A stretch of DNA of 64,000 nucleotides from a virus (Duplodnaviria > Caudoviricetes). The notes beneath the pieces are model-generated. The model saw only the letters and a program-made list of their open reading frames with translations. It did no database searches and was not told the DNA's origin. The translations under genes were made by a program, and so were the position numbers. The stretch lies in IMG/VR virus record IMGVR_UViG_3300027333_000001. One strand, 5' to 3'. This document shows, one piece after another, positions 49,405 to 57,462 of the stretch (positions are counted from its first letter, which is position 1; each line of letters opens with the position of its first letter).

Positions 49405-49737
49405 ATGAATAATGATGATAAATTAGAAGATGATGATCTATTTGATGATGATGATGAAATCGATTACGATGAACATCTTGAAACTGCTATTGGACATATG
49501 GACTTCTACCAAGATGTTATTATGATCATTAAGAAAAATGGTAACACTATTGTTATCCCTTCTTTTGATGATAAACTTTCTAAAGACCAACACGACTATA
49601 TGGAAAAAATCTTTGTTATCAATGATCCTTCTTTTATCCTTAGATTTTTTATGTGGATTGAACTACTACTCAAATACCTTTTCCTTTACCTTAAAGAACA
49701 ATTTGAAAAACTTAATATTGACGATAATAATACCTAG
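49405..49737 (+). CDS. Hypothetical protein, acidic N-terminus, C-terminal hydrophobic helix
   Basis: 110-aa ORF. Confidence 0.55.
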   Translation: MNNDDKLEDDDLFDDDDEIDYDEHLETAIGHMDFYQDVIMIIKKNGNTIVIPSFDDKLSKDQHDYMEKIFVINDPSFILRFFMWIELLLKYLFLYLKEQFEKLNIDDNNT

Positions 49738-50026
49738 ACCAATCATATACTTCTGTTGTGCTTTCACATCTTAATCCATCTACTTTACAACTATCTTCTT
49801 TATTCACCACAGGCAATCCACATTTTACACATGGCTTATACTTACGATAAATATATTGATCCAGCCTTTCACTCATTTCTCTTAATGTAGATAACACTTC
49901 TTTATCCGTGCTTTCTCTTAATAACTTTTGTACTTTCCCATTCATCTCTGCATATAAAGAAATTGCATCTTTCATTTGTTCATTCCAATCTTTCAAATTT
50001 GAAAATCGTGTTATCTTATTTTTCAA
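49712..50026 (-). CDS. Hypothetical protein with Cys motif
   Basis: CVKCG...C..C. Confidence 0.5.
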   Translation of the reverse strand: MKNKITRFSNLKDWNEQMKDAISLYAEMNGKVQKLLRESTDKEVLSTLREMSERLDQYIYRKYKPCVKCGLPVVNKEDSCKVDGLRCESTTEVYDWSRYYYRQY

Positions 50027-50088
50027 TATTTTGTTTATTGAAAAAATATTAATAGAATATTCTTAAATTTTCCTTGAAAGGACATAAA

Positions 50089-50865
50089 ATGAGAAATCAA
50101 TTTTTATCTCGCAGAGCATCAGATGATATCCTAGAGCAACAAATTGCAAATTACATTCTTAATTTATTAGAAAAAGATGCAATTAGAAAGTTCCGAAAAA
50201 AAACAATGCCTTTGAAAAATGGAAATGGTTTTGTTTTTTACTATGGTAATACTAAAGGTGTTGTCCAACAACATCAGAATAAAGTTGTATATTCAGTATT
50301 ATCTCTTGGTGATTCTGAAATGCCTGAAGGTGAAGTTATTGACTATGTTGTTTATAATCTTCCTGTAAACACTATGGGTGATATTTATCCTAATTCCCCT
50401 GAATATAAATTTTTACAAAAAGCTATGTTCGATTTCTTTGAAGATATGAACACAGTTCCTCGTAATACACAGTGGTCTCTATCTCCATCATCCATTCCAC
50501 GATTTGCATCAGATGATGTCCTAGAACAACAAATTGCAGATTACATTCTTAATTTATTAGAAAAAGATGCAATTAGAAAGTTCCGAACAAAAACAAGACC
50601 ATTGAAAATGGGAAATGGTTTCTCTTTTTTCTTTGGTAATATCATAGGAACTGTATCCAAAAAAAATAAACAGGTTGTCTTTTATGCTAAATATCCTGAA
50701 GGTGATCCTAACTATGAATATGAAGACCAATTAATCTTGAATCTTCCTGTCAATACTATGGGTGATATTTATCCTAATTCCCCTGAATATAAAGTTTTAC
50801 AAAAATCTATGTTTGATTTCTTTATAAATATGAACTTAGGTCGTACAAAGTATTCACCCAATTAA
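50089..50865 (+). CDS. Tandem two-domain protein (internal 130-aa duplication)
   Basis: Units start RRASDD (50116) and RFASDD (50506), period 390 bp; start revised to MRNQ. Confidence 0.75.
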   Translation: MRNQFLSRRASDDILEQQIANYILNLLEKDAIRKFRKKTMPLKNGNGFVFYYGNTKGVVQQHQNKVVYSVLSLGDSEMPEGEVIDYVVYNLPVNTMGDIYPNSPEYKFLQKAMFDFFEDMNTVPRNTQWSLSPSSIPRFASDDVLEQQIADYILNLLEKDAIRKFRTKTRPLKMGNGFSFFFGNIIGTVSKKNKQVVFYAKYPEGDPNYEYEDQLILNLPVNTMGDIYPNSPEYKVLQKSMFDFFINMNLGRTKYSPN

Positions 50866-50980
50866 ACCAACCTTATTGCATCTTTCATTTGTTTTGCTCC
50901 TACTTTTTATTTCTTTCTGCATCTTTTAAGATCAAAAATATGCAGATAACTCATTCAAGGTGCAGATAAAAATAAATCCA

Positions 50981-52297
50981 TTATTGTTTTTTCTTATCCA
51001 CCACCATCTTTACACTTGTCAATAATACACCTATACTCACTGCATTACTCACTATCTCTAATGCTCTACTTTTCGGAAATGGTATCTTTAACTTTTTTTC
51101 ATCTATAACCATTCCACTATTCTTTTTCACTATCTCTAAACTTGATCTCAATGCCTTATCTAAAACTTCATTTCCTGTTTCTATGCTTGCCAAACTTAAT
51201 ATCAATCCATCCTTTAATATCCCTGATCTCACTGCCTGCACTAATGAGATTATTAACTTTTCACATATTGCTCTTCTATGTTTTGCTTCCAGCTGTGTTA
51301 CACCACCTACCTTTACTCTTAATAAACTACCTTGCAAATTGCTTATCCTTTGCTGTATCTGTTCTGCTTTATAAAATATCTTTTCCTGTGTTAATTCATA
51401 TTGCAACTGATCTATTCTTTTCACTGTGCTGTCTATCTGATCTTCATATTGCTCAACTAACATTTCCTTTTCTTTAAAGCATATCTCTAATGCACTGCCA
51501 AAATCTTCTTGATAGTCAAATTTCTTTAATCTAGTCACTATCTTTCCACCTGTGAAAGATGCCAAATCTTCTAACCATGATCCTTGATCAAATATCTTTG
51601 GACACTCTACTGCATAACATTCTATATTCCCTTTATTGCGATTGAGATTGATTGTCTTTAAAGCATCACCTAATATTAAAGGTGCTACTATTACTACAGG
51701 TCTACCTTCTATCTGATTTTCTAAACATTCTTTAATATCATCTAATGTCAATAATGGATAAGTAAAGAAAGCTACCATTGCTCCTTTAACACTCTTATCT
51801 TCTGTATATCCACTATATGTAGTTTTTGCTATAAACGATTCACTGTGTAAAACTTCAAAGCTGGTGTTCTCACCTAACTCTATTGATATATGTGCATTAC
51901 TATCACCTAATAAAAAGTCATATACAATTTCAGGCAGTTCTTCATTTAATACTTCTCTTGTCATTAGCTTTAAATCCTCTTTACTTGGACTACATTGCAT
52001 TTGGTTTAAATTTACTAAATGCACAGGCAAGTCTTTATATGGATTTTTGATATAAGACAGGATAAGACTAGCTAGAATAAAGACAGCTGTTTTACAGCCA
52101 TCTCCTTCACCACAGGTTTGGAAAAGAAAGTATTGTAGAGTTGGATTAGATTGCCATGCTAGAATAGTGGATTTAGCAGATGGATTGATAAGTATTTCAT
52201 TATTTCTATAGAGAGCGATATTTTTATGGTTTGATCCGTGAGAGATAGCAAGTAGTGTAGCTATTTCTTTAATGTCCTTTGCTAAGTTTTTCATCAT
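50981..52297 (-). CDS. groEL: Divergent GroEL/Cpn60-like chaperonin
   Basis: GDGCKT (cf. GDGTTT), RPVVIVA, LEDLASFTGG, RISNLQG..VKVGGVT; start revised to MMKNLA. Confidence 0.7.
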   Translation of the reverse strand: MMKNLAKDIKEIATLLAISHGSNHKNIALYRNNEILINPSAKSTILAWQSNPTLQYFLFQTCGEGDGCKTAVFILASLILSYIKNPYKDLPVHLVNLNQMQCSPSKEDLKLMTREVLNEELPEIVYDFLLGDSNAHISIELGENTSFEVLHSESFIAKTTYSGYTEDKSVKGAMVAFFTYPLLTLDDIKECLENQIEGRPVVIVAPLILGDALKTINLNRNKGNIECYAVECPKIFDQGSWLEDLASFTGGKIVTRLKKFDYQEDFGSALEICFKEKEMLVEQYEDQIDSTVKRIDQLQYELTQEKIFYKAEQIQQRISNLQGSLLRVKVGGVTQLEAKHRRAICEKLIISLVQAVRSGILKDGLILSLASIETGNEVLDKALRSSLEIVKKNSGMVIDEKKLKIPFPKSRALEIVSNAVSIGVLLTSVKMVVDKKKQ

Positions 52298-52378
52298 GTT
52301 AATATATCCATTGCTCTTAATAATCCTTTTATATTTTACAAGAGTTATAAATGTAAACACACAAAAGGATTTTTTAAA

Positions 52379-52651
52379 ATGTTTCGTAGATTACAAAACA
52401 ATATTAGAAAAGCTAGTCCAATGGATGCTTATGCACAGGTTTCTGATATTGCACAAGAAATTCAAGAATTAGTTGAGAATGGTTCTTCTCTTATTGAAAG
52501 AGAAGAGAAAGCTATTAGAAACGAAATGATTGAAACACCAGCTATTCGTTCTTTAAAGAATCAAATTGATTCTGATTTATATGACATTTATCAATTGGCT
52601 AAGGCTTTAGAAAAAAAAGCTATCCTCATCCAAAAATCTATGAAAGGTTAA
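52379..52651 (+). CDS. Hypothetical helical protein
   Basis: 90-aa ORF with AAAGGA RBS, upstream of the endolysin. Confidence 0.55.
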   Translation: MFRRLQNNIRKASPMDAYAQVSDIAQEIQELVENGSSLIEREEKAIRNEMIETPAIRSLKNQIDSDLYDIYQLAKALEKKAILIQKSMKG

Positions 52652-52657
52652 CCCATC

Positions 52658-53089
52658 ATGGCAAAGTTATTGACTGCTAATGAAAAAACACCCGGGTCTC
52701 CAAAGGGCGTGACTAGCTTCAAATATTCGGAAATGGAATACTATGACCGTATTCCTAAAGAACTCATTCCAAATGCTGATAAGGTTTTACAAAATCTACA
52801 AGTATTAAGAGATGTAGTAGGTAAACCAATTTTTATCATGAGTGGGTTTAGGTCTCCAGAGAGGAATGAAGCCGTTGGTGGGGCGAAGAAATCGCAACAT
52901 TGCGAGGGAAATGCCTGCGATATAAAAGTAAAAGACACAGCACCTGAAGAAGTGGCAAAGTTGATTGAGAAATTAATTGCTGAAGGTAAAATGTGTCAAG
53001 GTGGACTTGGGACTTACTCTAGATCGACACCATCTGAGGGCTGGGTACATTATGATTGCAGAAATGTAAAAGCTAGATGGAATGGATGA
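52658..53089 (+). CDS. Peptidase M15A-family endolysin
   Basis: SGFRS..RN..VGGAKKSQH..GNACDI and WVHYDCR Zn-ligand motifs. Confidence 0.88.
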   Translation: MAKLLTANEKTPGSPKGVTSFKYSEMEYYDRIPKELIPNADKVLQNLQVLRDVVGKPIFIMSGFRSPERNEAVGGAKKSQHCEGNACDIKVKDTAPEEVAKLIEKLIAEGKMCQGGLGTYSRSTPSEGWVHYDCRNVKARWNG

Positions 53090-53130
53090 TTAATAATTGA
53101 TTTATTAAATTGCATTTGTTAAGATTAAAA

Positions 53131-53169
53131 TAAAAAAGCCTTAATATGCTTTGCAGAGCATATTAAGGC
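53131..53169 (-). terminator. Intrinsic terminator (13-bp perfect stem plus U-tract on the minus strand)
   Basis: GCCTTAATATGCT(53138-50)/AGCATATTAAGGC(53157-69) with AAAAAA on the left, between convergent genes. Confidence 0.7.
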
Positions 53170-53254
53170 ACATCCCAATAAACCTGAGAGAGAGGTCTAA
53201 ATGAGTTCAGATAACTCTAAAGATATTGCTATTATTTGTCAAGACAGAATTAGT

Positions 53255-54403
53255 CTAAAACAAGCTAACCATCTTTCTCTTATCACAATATATACTGCCT
53301 GCTACCACTACTCTCTCTTCTTTCAAAATAGACAAAACCCCAATCTCATATCCACTCTCTAAATATCCTATTAGCTTTTTATATAAGGCATCTTTGTTTT
53401 TAGCATTTTTGAATTTTATGCTTTTTTCAATATGTAGTTTTTTATTATATAAGGCTATATAACCTTGAGTAAATGTCCATCCTGCTTTTAAATGTGATAA
53501 CACATCATTTGTGTGAACTGTTTTCTTTTCACCTGTCAATAGAAAGATCATTTCTTTATTCGCTTTACATTCTTTCATTGCTTTACAATGCTTTTCTTTA
53601 ACTTCAGGTCTTGAATGTCTTTCTTTCAATGATTTACTTTTCTTTTCTTTAAATTCAGGTCTTGACCAATTTTCTTTCTGTGCTTTACTCATCTTTTCTT
53701 TAACTTCAGGTCTTGCCAAAGTTTCTTTCAATGATTTACTTCTCTTTTCTTTAAATTCAGGTCTTGACCAATTTTCTTTAGATGATTTACTCATCTTTTC
53801 TTTATATTCGGAACTTGAATGACTTTCTTTCTGTACCTTACTTTGCTTTTCTTTAAATTCAGGTCTTGACCAATTTTCTTTGGATGCTTTACTTTTCTTT
53901 TCTTTATATTCAGGTCTTGACCACATTTCTTTAAGTGCTTTACTCAGTTTCTCTTTAATTTCAGGTCTTGCACAAGCATCTTTAAGTGCTTTACTTTGCT
54001 TTTCTTTGCTTTCTTCACTTAAGCCACCACCACCAAATCTGCCACCTGTCTTTAAATTATAGCATACCTTTAATTCATCTCTATATCTCTTAATTACATC
54101 TTCTGTGATGAGTAATCCTTCTGCCAAATAAGCATCCTGTGCAGTAGTAAAGAATTGCAATCTGTAATGTTGAAAGTTTAAATATCCGTGTTTCTTAATA
54201 GCATTTTTAAATGCTATGCCTGATCCAATATAGCCATCATTAAGGTCTTTTGTTGTGTGCTTACCTAGATAGAATTTATTGTTAATGGTGTTAATAGTGA
54301 GATAGGTAAAATGATAGAAACCATCTGGATCAGTAAAGGGAATGACAGAATTAGGACTATAAGTATTAAGAATTTGATTAGTAAAGGTTTGAGCATCACT
54401 CAT
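53255..54403 (-). CDS. Free-standing GIY-YIG homing endonuclease with NUMOD3-like repeats
   Basis: FTYLTINTINNKFYLGKH (GIY-YIG variant), YIGSG, CYNLKTGG; eight 17-aa repeats. Confidence 0.85.
   Translation of the reverse strand: MSDAQTFTNQILNTYSPNSVIPFTDPDGFYHFTYLTINTINNKFYLGKHTTKDLNDGYIGSGIAFKNAIKKHGYLNFQHYRLQFFTTAQDAYLAEGLLITEDVIKRYRDELKVCYNLKTGGRFGGGGLSEESKEKQSKALKDACARPEIKEKLSKALKEMWSRPEYKEKKSKASKENWSRPEFKEKQSKVQKESHSSSEYKEKMSKSSKENWSRPEFKEKRSKSLKETLARPEVKEKMSKAQKENWSRPEFKEKKSKSLKERHSRPEVKEKHCKAMKECKANKEMIFLLTGEKKTVHTNDVLSHLKAGWTFTQGYIALYNKKLHIEKSIKFKNAKNKDALYKKLIGYLESGYEIGVLSILKEERVVVAGSIYCDKRKMVSLF
53570..54010 (-). repeat. Coding tandem repeat, 51-bp period, 8 copies
   Basis: TTCAGGTCTTG-like cores at 53603, 53654, 53705, 53756, 53807, 53858, 53909, 53960; encodes SKSLKENWSRPEFKEK-like units. 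Confidence 0.9.
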
Positions 54404-54453
54404 ATAAATATCCTATTGGTCTAGTTTAGGATATTATACAAGCTAGATATAAA

Positions 54454-57045
54454 TTACATCTTATTTACAGTTTCAATGAATTTTTTAGCAATCGTTTGAA
54501 TACCTTTACGAGTAGTAGCAACACCTGTCACTAAAGCACACATTTCAGCAAACCATTCAAGAACATCTTTCATCGCATAATTAGAAGGACAGACAATAGT
54601 TCTAGCAAGGCTGTCTTCAGAAATTTCTTGTTTTTGTTTAGTTTCAAGGTTTTGGAAAACATAAACAGCACCTTCACCTCTTTTACCTTTAATTTCTATG
54701 CAAACACTATCATCTTCTGTAGCATATCGTACTACAAAATGTACTTTGTATTCAGAAAGAAGAGATCCTATGACAGGTAAAGAATCTTTAATACAAGAAT
54801 CCTTTGTAGTCATTTTAAAAAGATTGATCATTTCTTGATTTTTCAAAAAGTTAGGTAACTCTTCATTATGGAATTTATGTCCAAACTCATGCACAATATC
54901 AGAAATTCTTTCTTTAGAATCTTTTTTTCTATATGGATCAGTGTAGAAAGCAATAATACCTGTATCTACTTCATAAGATGCGGCGGCATCACTAGAATCT
55001 GCTAATCCTCGTTTTTTAAGATCTGCATATTTACCAACAAAGACACGATCTCTAAGAACATTTTTAAATTTAGTAAGTGGTGAGTTCTTAATAATGTGGA
55101 TTGCTCTTTCAAAATCATTTTTAATAAGTAGCAGTGTTTTTTCATTAATCTCTGAAATAAAGATAAGTTTAAAATTACCTAACTTAAGGATAACTTCAGA
55201 TACTTCTCTTGCACCTTCTGATTCAATATATTCATTGTTTAAGTTTAAATCAATAGGATATTTAGCACCTCTCCATAATCTAATGCTTGGATCATAATAT
55301 CCAAATTTCCATTCCTTTTCTCTTTTCTCTAATTTAGAGATTTCAAATTGGATATTGTTTTTCTCTTTTAATTCTTCTTCTTTGTAATTATTAGGATACT
55401 TATTCATCTTATAAAGAAGTTGAGTTAGTTTAGAGATTTGAAAAATAGTAGCCTCTTTAGATAATTCCTGTGGCAATTTACCTGAACCATAACAATTATC
55501 TGATTTCATCCAATTACTAAAGGTATATCCATGTGCATGGATTGTGCCATCTTCATTTAAAGCCTGATGTCTAAGACAGGCTTGGCAAGTTCCATATGCA
55601 GGATGGAACTTCAAAATAAATTTAATCTTTTCATTTAAAGGTAATTCAGCAGGTGGTATTAATTCTTCTTCTTTATATGTACTAACAAAATTAGGAAGTT
55701 CAATAGTTTTTCTTCTAACATCAGTAGTTAATATATCTATGCCACTCTTACTACCAAAAGGATGGAAAATATATCCTTGATTGGCAGTGAAAGATGCTTC
55801 AAGTGTAAAATAGATATCAAAATCTAGACTGCCAATCATGTCTATTTTCATAGTGAATAAACTTGACCATGCTTTTCTTTGTATATCTCTAACCATCTTG
55901 TTTTTTAAACTATCTGCAATATCCTTTCCTTTTGCGATTTCAAGATCTATCTCAAAAACAATCTTTTTGTTATCATCACTTAGTTTATATTTATAGTAGT
56001 CTATTAAGTGTTCATACTGTCCTGTTGAATAAATTATATCTTGTGTGTATCCACGAATAATTTGAACAATACCTGTTGTAGAAATCACCTTCTCTTTTTC
56101 TTCTTTTTTAGTAGGTGCAGGTTTAGTTTTTTTACCTGCACTAGGTTTTTCGTCTGTACTGACTGATGATTCTGTATGAAATAAATTTGAATCAGGTTGT
56201 GTTCCGATAATATTAAGTTGAGGTTTGTAATTAGACAGGTGTTCATAAAAAGATCTAAATTTCATTAATGAAAATTGTGAAACATCGGAGTATTCTTTAA
56301 TTTCACCGATTGTAAGATTTGCATAATCAGTAAAAAGACTGTTAATTGCAGTAGACCATGAAGAATCAGGAACATTCCAGCTATCTTCAAAAAGACTTAC
56401 ATCAATCTTCGGAATAAAAATATTAGAACCTTCTGTATTACCATAAAAGTATCTACCATTTAAAGCTATCTGTTCAAATTGATTGTTTGCTAATTCTTCA
56501 TCACCTGCCCTTGCAACATATGAAAGAAGAGGTTTAGGTATGATTGCAGGTTCTGTTTTAAAATTAAAAGCTGATCTTTTTGATTCACTTTTTATCCAAT
56601 AACTATCTGTGTTACTTGCATTTAACTGAAATCGTTCATATTCTGATGTGAAGTATTTTTTCTGTTCAGCAGTCAACTCTAGTACACCAAGATCTTCTTT
56701 TTTACCTTCTAAAAAGAGTTCAAAACTCAAGGCTTTTCTTTCAGGTGTCATATTTTTTAATGGTACAGATTTAGATGTAACAGTACCTAAAGGTGATTTA
56801 GATGTTTTATATTTTTTATCTCTATAAAATTCATCATATTGAGGTACAATTACAGGTGTTTCCAACAATGGATACTCATTCAATTCTTCTATTTTTTTAG
56901 AGATGGCAGATTTGGCTCTTGTTAGTGGAAGTAATTGATATCGTCCAAAACAATCTGCTAAAAACAAACGAAATCCTTTATTCGCAAGGATTATATCTTT
57001 AAGTTTCATTTTATCATCAAAAATGAGAGTAGATTTTTTTTTCAT
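54454..57045 (-). CDS. Large protein with C-terminal zincin metallopeptidase (paralog 6)
   Basis: HEFGH, LPVIGSLLS, CPSNYAMKDVLEWFAE; unrelated ~600-aa N-terminus with CQAC..HAHG..C motif. Confidence 0.7.
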   Translation of the reverse strand: MKKKSTLIFDDKMKLKDIILANKGFRLFLADCFGRYQLLPLTRAKSAISKKIEELNEYPLLETPVIVPQYDEFYRDKKYKTSKSPLGTVTSKSVPLKNMTPERKALSFELFLEGKKEDLGVLELTAEQKKYFTSEYERFQLNASNTDSYWIKSESKRSAFNFKTEPAIIPKPLLSYVARAGDEELANNQFEQIALNGRYFYGNTEGSNIFIPKIDVSLFEDSWNVPDSSWSTAINSLFTDYANLTIGEIKEYSDVSQFSLMKFRSFYEHLSNYKPQLNIIGTQPDSNLFHTESSVSTDEKPSAGKKTKPAPTKKEEKEKVISTTGIVQIIRGYTQDIIYSTGQYEHLIDYYKYKLSDDNKKIVFEIDLEIAKGKDIADSLKNKMVRDIQRKAWSSLFTMKIDMIGSLDFDIYFTLEASFTANQGYIFHPFGSKSGIDILTTDVRRKTIELPNFVSTYKEEELIPPAELPLNEKIKFILKFHPAYGTCQACLRHQALNEDGTIHAHGYTFSNWMKSDNCYGSGKLPQELSKEATIFQISKLTQLLYKMNKYPNNYKEEELKEKNNIQFEISKLEKREKEWKFGYYDPSIRLWRGAKYPIDLNLNNEYIESEGAREVSEVILKLGNFKLIFISEINEKTLLLIKNDFERAIHIIKNSPLTKFKNVLRDRVFVGKYADLKKRGLADSSDAAASYEVDTGIIAFYTDPYRKKDSKERISDIVHEFGHKFHNEELPNFLKNQEMINLFKMTTKDSCIKDSLPVIGSLLSEYKVHFVVRYATEDDSVCIEIKGKRGEGAVYVFQNLETKQKQEISEDSLARTIVCPSNYAMKDVLEWFAEMCALVTGVATTRKGIQTIAKKFIETVNKM

Positions 57046-57106
57046 AGAGCATATCCTTTTTTTAATTTAATCACTCATTAAAAAAGGATATGTATAAATA
57101 ATTTAT

Positions 57107-57400
57107 TTATTTACTTGCCATATCACTAGCTTGTACTGCCATATCCACAATAACCATATCACCAGCTACAGACATATCAGTAGTAGATGCCATATCAATA
57201 ATACTGCTATCACTTTCAACTGCCATATCACTTTCATTGCCTGCTGTCATATCAATACTAGACAAAGCAATATCTGTAATAATCATATCGATTAAAGTAG
57301 CATCTGTAGATTGCATATCTGATTGAGTAGCAGGTGTTTCTTTCTTTTCTTCACCACCACAGGCAGTAAGAATAAGCATAACGAGTAGTAAAGTTTTCAT
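57107..57400 (-). CDS. Putative lipoprotein with Asp-Met repeats
   Basis: MKTLLLVMLILTA-C lipobox; eight DM dipeptides in an acidic low-complexity body. Confidence 0.7.
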   Translation of the reverse strand: MKTLLLVMLILTACGGEEKKETPATQSDMQSTDATLIDMIITDIALSSIDMTAGNESDMAVESDSSIIDMASTTDMSVAGDMVIVDMAVQASDMASK

Positions 57401-57462
57401 AATAAACTCTCTTTATATATTTGATGTTTAAGTTTATTAAAAGATTAGATATAAAAGAAATA

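Noticed and set aside
53201-53332. 43-codon plus-strand ORF with a GAGG RBS overlapping the endonuclease 3' end, as a possible remnant of a disrupted gene
   Set aside because: Too short, overlaps an opposite-strand gene, and has no recognisable partner fragment.
53570-54010. Regular 51-bp repeats resembling a CRISPR array
   Set aside because: The period is a multiple of 3, whole units are similar with no unique spacers, and they lie in frame inside the GIY-YIG gene.
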